DNA from: Balanoglossus misakiensis
Taxonomy: Eukaryota; Animalia; Hemichordata
Reading direction: 5' to 3'
DNA: 64,000 bases
Assembly: GCA_040954595.2 (NCBI GenBank)
Contig: CM082598.2
Span: forward strand, 6,587,097-6,651,096
Position 1 is the stretch's first letter, and each line of letters opens with the position of its first letter. The position numbers and the translations under genes were made by a program. The notes under the pieces were generated by a model. It was not told the DNA's origin. It saw only the letters and a program-made list of their open reading frames with translations, and ran no database searches. Shown here one piece after another: positions 27,211 to 40,845 of this stretch.

Positions 27211-29021
27211 GGTGGCATTGCATGAAACCGTCCAGACTTTTTCAGAGGCCTATTTCTCATCAAAGACAATGTTAAAACTCCCCATAAACCATATATATTC
27301 TGGAAGCTGAGATTTTGAACTTTTGTTTGAGTTGCAAATATTATTGATCCCCGGAAATGGTGGCGATTTTGGGTGAAAAAAACCATTTTTTGATATTATG
27401 TCATGAAATTTAAAATAGGTAAAAAAGTTGACCATGCATCATGCATAATATGTCATTCGAAACTAGAGTACACGTGCAAAAAAAACGGTAATTTTGTTTT
27501 GCGTTATCTGCTTCCATTGAGGAGTAACATCGTTTGAAAGTTAGATTTTTAGTAAAATTTGATCAAATTCACGGCGAGTTGTATTGAATCAGAGTTTATT
27601 CCCGCCAGGGACACTTTATCGACTAACAAAAATACCGTTTTGTTGGATGGGTCATACACAATCCCCAATTAAAATTTGAGCAAATTCGGCCAACGCAGAG
27701 CGAAGCTATTTTCGTCTGAAGTTGTCAAAAGCGACGAAAATACAAACTGAGAAAAACGGCAATTTGCATTGTTGACACCTATTTCTTAAGCTGCGGACTC
27801 ATTCAGGAAAGTGATATTTTTGGGTGATTATGTACCATTTTCACCAAAACGCATTTGTCAGAATATGGGTCAGTATTAGATCTACCAATTTATGTGAAAA
27901 AAGTACAATTTGGCAAAAATCACAACTTTTCATGCAATGCCACCTTAAGGATGTACGTGCAGAACGTAAACTTGTAAACTGTGCGAATTACTATGCATTT
28001 GTCTTTTCCTACAAAGGATTACATTGAGAATCGCTAGAAAAGCTCGCTTCTACTATTTTCATTTTCACAAAATTATACACATATTCAGTCAAGTAAAAAT
28101 ACATTCATTGGTCAAATAAAATCGTGTGGTCACCGCGCTCTATTTTGAGATAAACTTCATTAAATGTTTTGCCCATAGACAAACCATTGATGAAAAATGC
28201 TGACTCATTCATAGCCTTGTATTTCAAAAACAAACCTATATTTTATCACAGATTTTTGTTTATGCTTATCGAGGAGAAACCAAAAATGACAATACTTTCA
28301 ATTTTACTTATCGTACATCCTTAAGGTGGCATTGCACGAAACCGTCAAGACTTTTTCAGAGGCCTATTTCTCATCAAAGACAACGTTAAAACCCCTATAA
28401 ACCATACATATTCTGGAAGCTGAGTTTTTGAACTTTTGTTTGAATTGCACATTTTATTGACCCCTGGAAATTGTGGTGTTTTTGGGTTAAAAAAACATGT
28501 TTTTGATATTATGTCATTCAATTGAAATAAGGTAAAAAAGTTGACCATGCATCTTAATATGTCATTCGAAACTAAAGTACTCGTGCAAAAAAACGAAAAT
28601 TTGTCTTGCGCTATCTGCTTCCATTGAGAAGTAACAGCGTTTGAAAGTTAGATTTTTAGAAAAATTGATCAAATTCACGGTGAGTTGTATTGAATCAGAG
28701 TTTATTCCCGCCAGGGACACTTCATCGACTAAATTGTTTTTCGTATTGTTAGATGGGTCATACACAATCCCCTGTTAAAATTTGAGCAAATTCGGCCAAC
28801 GCAGAGCGAAGCTAAATTTTTCTGCTGTTGTCAAGAGCAGCGAAAATGCAAACTGAGACACCTATTTCTTAAGCTGTGAACTCATTCAGTGCTATTTTTG
28901 GTTCATTATGCACCATTTCCGCCAAGACGCATTTGTCAGAATGTGGATCAGTATTAGACCTACCGATTTATGTAAAAAAGTTAAATTTGGCAGAAATCAT
29001 AACTTTTCATGCAATGCCACC
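27211..29021. mobile_element. A-B-A stack of TTAA MITEs (27211-27944, 27949-28320, 28325-29021)
   Basis: Each element is separated from the next by a single shared TTAA. Confidence 0.9.
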
Positions 29022-32000
29022 TTAACACGATTTTCAAAGAATGTTTGGTAACAGGCTTTCAGCATCTTTGCCATTGTCAAGGTTTTGCCATCTCTAAAGA
29101 TCATGAAAAAATAGTTTTGAATGGAGTGCCCTGGGAAACCTCTTACAATTTTGTGTGTTTATCTGTGTGATACCATGAGGCGATCGATGATATGGTCAGG
29201 GCATTATGGTCAAAGGGGACCGTACCTGTCCTGATGATAAGAGCTACATCACAAACAAAGAGAAAATTGTATCTCGTTATCTAAATTTGACTGCATGGGC
29301 GAAATAAATTTCCAATCCCAACATGAAAATTTAGAATCTATATTCAAGTGTATTGTGACCTAATGTGGATATTGGCAATTAAATACGACTTAAAGTTTAC
29401 TGCTTTATAGTTCATCCCCGCGATTTCTCTGCGTGCAGTCAAATACACACAGCACTGAACCTCAAAAGTTGTTATTTTCTGCAACAATAAACGATAACAT
29501 TTCATGCAAAAAAATTATGGAATTATATCACATAATACATTTATATTTTCATTTTCTATGCTGTTGACTTGAAATCGAGTCAGTATCTCATTTTCTGTTC
29601 CACATAAAAACAAACTGTCAGCCTCATTTTACCATAAAGCTCCAGCCTATGTACTACATGTATTAGTCCCACCATGAAAGACGTCCATAATCGCACGTAT
29701 CTCTTCTTGTACGTAGAAGCGATTAGTTCCACTTTGGGCGTAACACCCTGACTGTTTTGTCGATGTCGCCGCTCGATACTGCACGGATAAAACAAATGAA
29801 CATGAATCGTTAAAGTTTAAGCTTGGACCTACTATCCCTATGTATAGCTCAGTGCCAATTACTGTTAGCAACAATGTTATTTTGCGATGATTTAAGCGAG
29901 ATGTCCCTCAAAGGAGTGGGTGTGGCCATGGTGTTGTGATGTTATACACACATTAATCAAAGATATCACTTTGGTCCAAAAACACAATTTGTTCTGACAC
30001 GTTCTTGTCTCACTCAAAAGTCTCTTCGTTTGGATGATACCAGGAGGTGACGGTACGATCAGAGTTTTTTTTTTTTTTTTTTTTGGGGGGGGGGGGGGGC
30101 AGAGTGTAAGATACATGTGTTCTCTCTGATAATTTAGGCCCCAAAGTTACTATAGACCCCTCTTATGGATGTATGTGCAGAACATAAACGTGTAAACTGT
30201 GCAAATTAGTATGTGTTTGTCTTTTCCCATGAAGGATTGCATTCAGAAACGCTAGAAAATATCGCTTATACTATTGTCATTTTCACGAAATTATACAAAT
30301 AGTCAGTCAAGTAAAAATAAATTCATTGGTCAAATAAAATCGTGTTTTGAGATAAACTTTGGTAAATATTGTTGCCTATAGACAAACCATTGGTGAGAAT
30401 TTCTGACTCATTCACAGCCTTGTATTTCAAAAACAAGCGCGTTGAAACCTATATGTTATCACATATTTTTGTAATGCTTATAATTTAAGGAGAAACCAAA
30501 AATGTAAAATTAAAAGAAATTACGATACTTTTAATGTTATTGATAGTGCGTTCTTAACACGAATTTTTGGTAACAGGCTTTCAGCATCTTTGCCATTGTC
30601 AATGTTTTGCCATCTCTTTAGAATGGAGTACCCTCGCAAAGATCTTAAAATTGTGTGTGTTTGTGATCTGTTTGATACCATGAGGCGATCGATGATATAT
30701 TCAGGGCATTATTGCCAAAGGGGACCGTACCTGTCCTTTCTGATAAAGGCTACACAACGAGAAAATTGTATCTTCTTATCTAAATTTGACTGCAAGGGCG
30801 AATTAAATTTCCAATCCCAACATGAAAATTTAGCATCTATATTCAATTGTATTGTGACCTTAATTTGAAATTGGCAATTAAATACGACTAAAAGTTTATC
30901 GCTTTATAGTTCATCCCCGAGACTTCTCCAATATAATCAAAAAAAAAAAAAAAATTGGGTGCTGTCATACAGTATTATAGTAATTCACATCTAAACCAGT
31001 TCTAAAACTCAAATTCAAGATTGTTTGCAATGTTTGTTGCTCATGAACTTTGACCTCAAGTTGACACATCTAGTAAATCTGTGAAGACAATCTGACCAAA
31101 AAATATTTTTTATTGCCTCATCCAGTCCACCCCTATGAAGCCTGCTTGTCCAGGCAATTAAGCCATATTTACCTGACCATTGCCATATTTTGAAGCAACA
31201 AGTTTTAGAGTCAAATAGGGTTACTGATAAGATATTTCTGTAGATAGATATAGTCCATTTTGACCTCGTTGTATCAAACAAAGAAGCTTGCAGGAAAGAA
31301 TTGAAAACCACCTTTGCTATTTTGGCCAAGTTTTTCGTACTACTAAACTGTGCAAAGTTGTTTCTGTTCAGCTAGCGTCTTCGGTGCCTCAGCTCACATA
31401 GATGAGGTGCCTTCGTGCCTGGGGAGTGATGATTGCTGATAGTCTAAAGCTTGGGCTCCTGGGAAGGGTGCTAATTGCTCTGACTGACTCGATAACTCTA
31501 CAATTAATGTGGATTAATTAAATATTGACAGAATGAAGAAGGGACAATTATGAAGTCAAATTAGGCCAACAAAACATCAGTTATGTGTTTCACTATTTAT
31601 GGAAAAAATAACTTGACATTGCATTAGTAAAGTTTAAAGTAGTCATTTCTATCACATGAATGTCTCCAAAAGCTAACATGAAAACATGGAATGAGAATTG
31701 TGTCATATTAATAATTCCATTGACATCGGCGGGCGCGGGTGAAGATACTTACAAGTTGCTCGAGTGCATGTTGAGCCTCCACCACAACCTGAACAACACG
31801 CTCATCGCACATTCCAACATAATGTAACCGTGATAAAAGTTCGGCAAGACTCATACACCTAGACGCCAAATCTTCTCTAAAATCTTTGAACGTCCAAATG
31901 TCGAAATATCGTGGACAAACTTTACGACACGTAGTTTACGCACAAACTCCGTACCTGTAGCCATCTTCGTAGACTAGAACCATAACGAGTACGAACCCCT

Positions 32001-34549
32001 TAAGAACCTGATCAGTGACCACTGGAATTCTGACAAGTCATTTCATGAATACGCACATTCATTTTCAACTGCTCTCATTTTCAACACATATTTCCTGGTA
32101 GTATGCTAGTTGACCTGGTTTGAGTTGAGTGCAATTGTGATTTGAGTCAAATTGCGATTTGAGCCGAGTGAAATTGCAATTTGAGTCGAGTGAAATTGCG
32201 ATTTGTTTAACGTAGTCATTTCTATCACTAGACTCTCTCACAACCCACGGCTCGCTACTGTCCTTTCTGATAAGGGCTATATCACAAACAAAGAGAACAT
32301 TGTTTCTCATTATCTAAATTTGACTGCATGGGCGAATTAAATTTTCAAGCTGTTACCGATCCCAACATAAAAATTTACCATTTAAGGCATTTGAATGAAA
32401 TTAAGATGAAGAGAATTTAACTGTCCCAGCACGCACCTATGCAACTATGAAGGACAATATGATTTCTGTGCATATAATGATTCATCTATAGGCCTGTATG
32501 TGATCATGCACTATCTTAGTCTAGTATCTAGCCATCAACTATGCTTCCAAAACTAACATCTAGGTCAAGCACGCCACTGGCCCAATAAAATCTGACACCC
32601 TTTGCTGGGAGTTGTGATCGTGCCTGGGGAGCGATGACTGCTGACAGTCTAAAGCATGGGTTCCTGGGAAGGGTGCTAATTGCTCTGACTGACTTGATAA
32701 CTCGATACAATTAATGTGGATTAATTAAATGTTGACAGAATGAAGAGTGCAGATATGAAATCAAGTTTGGCCCATAAAACTTCAGTTATGTGTTTCACTA
32801 TTTATGAAAAAAAAATTAACTTGACATTGCATTAGTAAAGTTTAACGTAGTCATTTCTATCACATGAATGTCTCCAAAAGCTAACATGAAAACATGAAAT
32901 GAGAATTGTGTAATATTATTAATTCCATTGACATCGGCGGGCGCGGGTAAAGATACTTCCATCCCCGTCAAAGGAAGTAAACGTTGACACAATTATAAAA
33001 CAGAACAGAAACAAAAATATGAATGGACAATCATACACATTGATTGACACAAATATTGGTATATGCACAGGGTTTCTTTGCGTGCAGTGAAATACACACA
33101 ACACTGAACCTCAATAGTTGTCATTTTCTGCAACAATTAAACCATATAATATTTAATGCAAATAATTATGGAATAATTACATGTAATTTATTTGTACTTT
33201 TATTTTCTTTGGTGTTGATTTGAAATCCAGTCAGTATCTCATATTCTGTTCCACATAGAAACAAACTTTTACTATAGCCTCATTTTACCATAAAGCTCCA
33301 GTCTATATACATGTATTAGTCCCGCCATGAACAACGTCCATAATCGCACGTATCTCTTCTTGTACGTTGAAGCGATTAGTTCCACTTTGGGTGTAACACC
33401 CTGACTGTTTTGTCGATGTCGCCGCTCGATACTGCACAGATAAAATTAATCAACATTAATCGTTAAAGTTTAAGCTTTGACCTACTATCCCTATGTATAG
33501 CTGAGTGCTAATTACTGTTAGCAACAATGTTATTTTGCGATGATTTTTGGGATAAGCAAGATGTCACTCAAAGGAGTGGGTGTGGCCATGGTGTTGTGAT
33601 GTTATACGCACATTAATCAAAGATGGCGCTTTGGTCCAAAACACAATTTGTTCCGACACGTTCTTGTCTCACTTAAAAGTATCTGCGTTCTGATGATACC
33701 AAGACGCGACGGTACGATCAGAGTTTTTTTTTTTTTGGGGGGGGGGGGCAGAATGGAAGACACCTGTGTTTTCTCTGATAATTTTTCCCCAAAGTTGATG
33801 TAGACTCCCCTCGTAAGGATGTACGTAACAGAACGTAAAAATGTAAACTGTGCAAATTAGTATGTGTTTGTCTTTTCCCGTAAATGATTACATTGAGAAT
33901 CGCTAGAAAAAATCACTTCTACTATTGTCATTTTCATGAAATTATACACATAGTCAGTCAAGTATAAATAAATTCATTGGTCAAATAAAATCGTGTGGTC
34001 ACTGCAATCTATTTTGAGATAAACTTTGGTAAATGTTTTGCCAATAGACAAACCATTGGTGAAAATTGCTGACTCATTCACAGTCTTGTATTTAAAAAAC
34101 AAGCGTGGTGAAACCTTTATGTTATCACATGTTTGGCTCCGAAGTGTTTACATGGAAGAGTCTTTCGAATGGGGCATCAGTGTCAACTTCCGTCCGTCAA
34201 CCTGTCAAGAATGCATATCATTTTCTGGTAGGGGTGTGTAGCTTTATGTTTTTGGGGTGGTGTGTAGCTTTGAGGTGGTGAGGAAGAATTGGAACAGTGA
34301 CAGAAATCGGAATGGATTAGCCAGCAGTGTTTTCGCTACCCGCTCGCCAAATCGCACATGCGAGAAAAAAAGTTGTGTTTGACGATTTTCATACAAATAA
34401 GCCAAACTTTTGAAGCACTGCTATCTAACATCGTCGTTTGTTTCGCCATGATCAACTTGCCATGATCAGTGCACTACAACGCGTGAACGTGGACCGCTGT
34501 TCTGTTCATTGATCATCGCCCCTGTATTATTAACATCGAAAGGCAATGC

Positions 34550-36021
34550 CAGGGGGGGGGGGGGGCGACTCACGAACGCTGCCCTCTAGTGGCTACTAAA
34601 TTGACCAACCAGAGTGCGGCATTCTGGCTCACTCATATGCGCGTCTTGTCGACAGTAAAGGCTCGAAAAACCCCGTTTTTGAACAGAATGTGATCATACA
34701 AATAAAACACGATCACAAATTTTGAAATTTACATTATGTGTGAAACACCAGACATTTTGTTCCGTATGATACTACATCTGTTTATTTTACGGAGAGTTGA
34801 AATTGATATACCCAATCTTAAAGTAGGACCTTAAAAAAGTTAATTAGCTGTGTTTTGGGCATTATTGCATGAAAACGGTCGGGGCGATATCCATTTAAAA
34901 AACATTTTTGAGTTTTTCTTCATCATAACAGTTTAAAAATATAAAAGCGCCTCTAATCGCCTCTTTCTAAAACCCCGTATGACCCTGTTGAATTCCACGC
35001 CCGAAAGTGGGTAGTATTTCTGCGACTCCCATAGACAACGTGTTGGGCACACGGCCATTACAGTGTATGCTGCTCAAGTTGACAGATACAAACAGGCGCA
35101 AATTATTTTGTCTACGCAATATTCCAAGAATCGTAATCAAGTATCTTACACAATACCAAAATCAGTCAAGTCCCTGCGTTAGACCAAACTATATATAGCT
35201 AAGTAACAAGGTCGCCTGAGTCCGCTCAGAAGTAGCAGTACAGTGTGTGGAGACGCGTCGCCGTGAGACACACCACCGGCCCTAGGCCTGCCACACTGAG
35301 CTGCAATGCTCGTGGCTCTTAGCCGTCCCAGTCGGTAACAAGTCGTTACGGCACTAAATCTTCTCGGTTCGGCCTTTAATTTACACAATCATGGCAGTTT
35401 CGGCCCAGACGCAAACCAATTCTGCAATTTGCAGTTTAGTAAACGGCGAACGGGATAGTCCGAACGCAGGGAGCATGCACGCAGATCTAGCTGCACGCAG
35501 GGCTAGCGAACGGGACAAAACGATATAATAGTAATAAAAGCGAGCGTGTCGTCAGATCAGTGGGACTGTCATATCATAAAGAAATTACGATCCCGGGATT
35601 ACGATAGGCATGATAAGGACATCATAACGTGCGAGCGTGAAACTGACATGGAAACGATCGACAGTACGGTGACTGTGGGTAGAGCGAGCGTGTTGCTGTG
35701 AAGAACGCATTTACCATGTTTGTTTACAACACACAGCGACTTGACCTGTGGCCGGCCGCAGCCCCTCGACGCGACCTAATCCAAGCAGTTTACGATCTCG
35801 TGGATCGTGGTTGGACTGACAAAAATAACAAAGAAACAGAACCAAATTAGGAAGTATTATAGGTCTGTCTCCTCGAAGTCGAATATTGTGCAAAACACAA
35901 GGCACATCAGACGTGTTGCCCAGACACCGGAAGTTAGCAGTTCGCTTGCTGGGTTTGAAATGTGCGGTTGTAGTAGAAATTACCCACTGTGCTTTGCGGC
36001 GTGAGTCGCCCCCCCCCCCGG
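34550..36021. mobile_element. About 1.47-kb non-autonomous DNA transposon with 7-8-bp TSD
   Basis: GGCAATGC|CAG(G)nCGACTCACG...CGTGAGTCG(C)nGG|GGCAATGC. The empty site AAGGCAATGCATTG is present near 9522 and 46858. Confidence 0.88.
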
Positions 36022-36632
36022 GGCAATGCATTGAATTCAGCTCTTCCAGCTAGTGGCTGCACTCGCTTGATTTCCTGTATGTGTCTCTGGGGATGCAAAG
36101 AATGCATGTATGTGTCTTTTCCTAATTTGCATATTTTAAATGGGTTAGGTCTGCCTTGACTTGAACGCGTCAAGTGTACAGGTTGTTATGGAAGTTTCTT
36201 TTTAGAACCACTAGTGTTAGTCTGTGGGCCCAACCAGCCAAAACGGTTCTAGAAATGTCATTATGTTGTATAGGAGTTTTGTACTACATGAAATTAGCTG
36301 GAAATGACGGGTGGTAAACTGTTGATGTGAAATCAGGTCACTTCTACCGAAAATGATGGACCAGAGAGCAATGACTATTTTAATTTATTTCATATACTAT
36401 GTTCAAACCTGCTATGCTCCCATCAACTGGGAAACTAAATGATTGAACTTTCTGTTTGAACAATTCATGTATTTTTTTGCTAACACCTACACTACTATAG
36501 TCAGCACATGACATTACCTATATACTTGAAAATGGAGAACTTTTTATCAAAACACTTCAGCTGATCTTGAATGCTGTCTGATATTTTTTTTCAAAATGTA
36601 TTTCTTTCACTTTTAGACTAGTATAATACTTA

Positions 36633-37215
36633 AGCAATAACCCCCGCCGCAGGCGGGTATGCACGAGATTTGGGTACAATTCGAGACATATAGCACAAGC
36701 CGTCAGGCGAGTGCTATATGGAGCGAATTGTACCCAAATCGAGTGTATACCCGACTGAGGCGGGGGTTATTGCTATTATATTATATCAACAGCTGGTTTT
36801 GTGGCATATCAGTGTCATTTTCTTACCGAAACGGCGTCAGAAAGAGAAATTACGATCGTAAACCAACATGGCGACGATGAATGTAAACACGAGCGGCCGC
36901 GATCCAGCCGGGATCGAGCATTAAACATGAAGCAGACGACAAAAAGTGACAAGACGGGCATCGCGCGTGGCAAAGTGACAAATATTTCCACAGAGCAGTT
37001 CCAAAATAAAACGTCCGTTCATTCAACATTATTTTTGTTTTAATTATTTGGTTTAAACACGCGCGACTGTGGTTTAACCGCACATTTTGCTGCCGTATGC
37101 TAGTTCAGGGGCCCGTTTTACCACTGCTAGCCATGGTAAAACAGTATTTTACCATGGCTGGATTCAGCTCTCGTCCAATCAGAATCGCGGACAGTAGCAT
37201 GATATAATATAATTA
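36633..37215 (+). mobile_element. Hairpin-ended Crypton-like element, family D
   Basis: Hairpin AGCAATAACCCCCGCC...GGCGGGGGTTATTGCT, then the IR ATTATATTATATCA / TGATATAATATAAT. The empty site AATACTTATAATTTAAGG is present near 12003 and 47447. A short TTA repeat lies at the junctions. Confidence 0.85.
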
Positions 37216-40118
37216 TAATTTAAGGAGAAGCCAAAAAATGTACAATTAAGAGAAATAAGAATACTTTCAATTTTACTGATTGTACATCCTTAACACAATT
37301 TCTCAAAGAATGTTTGGAAACAGGCTTTCAGCATTTTGCCATTGTCAACGTTTTGCCATCTCTAAAGATCATGAAAAAAACTAATTTTGAATGGAGTACC
37401 CTCGGAAACCTCTTAAAATTTTGTGTGTTTATCTGTGTGATACCACGAGGCGATCGATGATATGGTCAGGGCATTTTGGCCAAAGGGGATCGTACCTGTC
37501 CTTTCTGATAAGGGCTACATCACAAACAAAGAGAAAATTGTTTCTCATTATCTAAATTTGACTGCATGGGCGAATTAAATTTTCAAGCTGTTACCAATCC
37601 CAACATGAAAATTTAGCATTCAAGGCATTTAAATGAAATTAAGATGAAGATAATTTAACTCTCCCTGCATGCACCTGTGCAACTATGAGGGACAATATAA
37701 TTTCTGTGTCTGTAATGATTCATCTAGGCTTGTATGTGATCATGCACTATCTTAGTCTAGTACCTAGCCATCAACTTTGCTTCCAAAACTAACATCTAGG
37801 TCAAGCATGTCACTGGCCCAATAAAACCTGATACCGTTTGCTTAGAGTTTGATTGTGCCTGGGGAGTGATAACTGCTGACAGTCTAAATTTTGGGTTCCT
37901 GGGAACGGTGCTAATTGCTCTGATTGACTCGATAACTCTACAATTAATGTGGATTAATTAAATCTTGACAGAATGAAGAGTGCAGATATGAAGTCAAGTT
38001 TGGCCCACAAAACTTCGGTTATGTGTTTCACTATTTATGAAAAAGCAAATTAATTTAAGAACTTGATATTGCAATATTCAACAAAGTAGTAATTAATATC
38101 ACATGAATGTTTCCAAAAGCTAACATGAAAACATGGAATGAGAATTGTGTAAAATTAATAATTCCATTGACATCGAGCGGCACGGGTGAAGATACTTCTA
38201 TCCCTGCCAAAGGAAACCATTGCTAATGTTTTACTCATCAGACTAAATGGCACAATTATAAAACAGAACAGAATCAAAAATATTGAATGGAAAATGCAAT
38301 CATACGAATTGATCGCCACAATTACCCGAATATGCACAGGGTTCATTGCTAGATGCACTGCTCACAATAGATATGTTTTATTTGCGTCCTCACAAAGTTT
38401 CTTTGCGTGCAGTCAAATACACAGAGCACTGAACCTCAAGAATTGTCATTTTCTGCAAATATTAAACCATAATATTTAATGCAAACAATTTATGGAATCA
38501 TATCATATAATTCATTTATATTTTCATTTTCTATGGTGTTGATTTGAAATCCAGCATCTCATTTTCTGTTCCACATAGAAACAAACTGTCAGCCTCATTT
38601 TACCATAAAGCTCCAGTCTATGTACATGTATTAGTCCCGCCATGAACGACGTCCATAATCGCACGTATCTCTTCTTGTACGTGGAAGCGATTAGTTCCAC
38701 TTTGGGCGTAACACCCTGACTGTTTTGTCGATGTCGCCGCTCGATACTGCACAGATAAAACAAATCAACATGAATCGTTAAAGTTTAAGCTTGGACCTAC
38801 TATCCCTATGTATAGTTGAGTGCCAATTACTGTTAGCAACAATGTTATTTAGCGATGATTTTTGAGTTAATCAAGATGTCGCTCAAAGGAGTGGGTGTGG
38901 CCATGGTGTTGTGATGTTATACACACATTAATCAAAGATGGCGCTTTGGTCTAAAAAGACAATTTGTTCTGACACGTTCTTGTCTCACTTAAAAGTCACT
39001 GCGTTTGGATGATACCAGGAGGCGACGGTACGATCAGAGTTTTCTGTTGTTGCCAGAATGAAAGATACCTGTGTTCTCTCTGATAATTTATCCCCAAAGT
39101 TGATATAGACTCCCCTCTTAAGGATGTACATGCAGAACGTTTGGATGATACGAAGAGGCGACAGTACGATCAGGGTATTTATGGCCAGAGTGGACTCCTT
39201 TCGTATGTTTGTACGTGCAAAACGTAAAAATGTGAACGTTTTGAAAATGGTTTAGAATGGAGTACCCTCGGAAACCTATTCAAATGTTGTGTGTTTATCT
39301 GTGTGATACCATGAGGCGATCGATGATATGGTCAGGGCATTATGGCCAAAGGGGACCGTACCTGTCCTTTCTGATAAGGGCTACATCACAAACAAAGAGA
39401 AAATTGTTTCTCGTTATCTACATTTCACTGCATGGGCGAATTAACATTTCCAAGCCCAACATGAAAATTTAGCATCTATATTCAAGTGTATTGTGACCTA
39501 AATTGGATATTGGCAATTAAATACGACTAAGAGTTTATAGGTCTATAGTTCATCCCCAAGATTTCTCCTATATAATCCAATAAACTGTTTGGGTGCTGTC
39601 ATACAGTATTATAGTCATTTACATCCAAACCAGTTCTAAAACTCAAAGTCAAGATTGTTTACAATGTTTGTTATCATGAACTTTGACCTCAAGTTGACAC
39701 ATGAAGTAAATCTGTGAAGACAATCTGACCAAATATTAATTTTCATTGCCTCATCCAGTCCACCCCTATGAAGCCTGCATGTACATGTGAGCATAGCAAT
39801 ATTTTAAAGCAAATGTTATAGATTCAAACAGGGTAACTGAAGAGATATTTCTGTGATGATATAGTCCATTTTGACCTTGTTCTATCAAACAAAGAAGCTT
39901 GCTGGAAAGACTTGAAAACTGCCTTTGTTGTTTTGGCAAAATTATGCGTACGACTAAACTGTGCAAAGGTTTTTCTGTTTAGCTTGGATCTTCTGTGCCC
40001 CAGCTCACATAGATGAGGTGCCTTCGTGCCTGGGGAGTGATGACTGCTGATTGTCTAAAGCTTGGGCTCCAGGAATGTCGGCTAATTCATCTGATTGACT
40101 CGATAAGTGTACAATTAA

Positions 40119-40845
40119 GGTGGCATTGCATGAAACCGTCCAGACTTTTTCAGAGGCCTATTTCTCATCAAAGACAACGTTAAAACTCCCCATAAACCAT
40201 ATATATTCTGGAAGCTGAGTTTTTGAACTTTTGTTTTAATTGCACATTTTATTGACCCCTGGAAATGGTGGTGTTATTGGGTTAAACATTTTTTTTGATA
40301 TTATGTCATTCAATTGAAATTAGGTAAAAAAGTTGACCATGCATCATGCATCTTAATATGTCATTCGAAACTAGAGTACACGTGCAAAAAACAAAATTTT
40401 GTTTTGCGTTATTTGCTTCCATTGAGGAGTAACAGCGTTTGAAAGTTAGAATTTTAGAAAATTTGATCACATTCACAGTGAGTTGTATTGAATCAGAGTT
40501 TATTCCCGCCAGGGACACTTTATCGACTGAATATTTTTCCTGTTGCTAGATGGTTCATACACAATCCCCTGTTAAAATTTGAGCAAATTCGGCCAACGCA
40601 GAGCGAAGCTAAATTCTTCTGAAGTTGTCAAAAGCGGCGAAAATACTAACTGAGAAAAACGGCAATTTGTATTGTTGACACCTATTTTTTAAGCTGTGGA
40701 CTCATTCAGAAAAGTGCTATTTTTGGGTGATTATGCACCATTTCCGCCAAGACGTATTAGTCAGGATGTGGGTCAGTATTAGATCTACCGTTTTATGTAA
40801 AAAGTAAAATTTGGCAGAAATCACAACTTTTCATGCAATGCCACC
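40119..40845. mobile_element. MITE family A (chimeric flanks)
   Basis: Both TIRs and TTAA present. Confidence 0.9.

Noticed and set aside
31173-31443. Conserved ~90-aa coding exon on the minus strand of the backbone
   Set aside because: It is open only in a reconstructed consensus. The copies checked have stops or frameshifts (near 31373, 27037, 41495).
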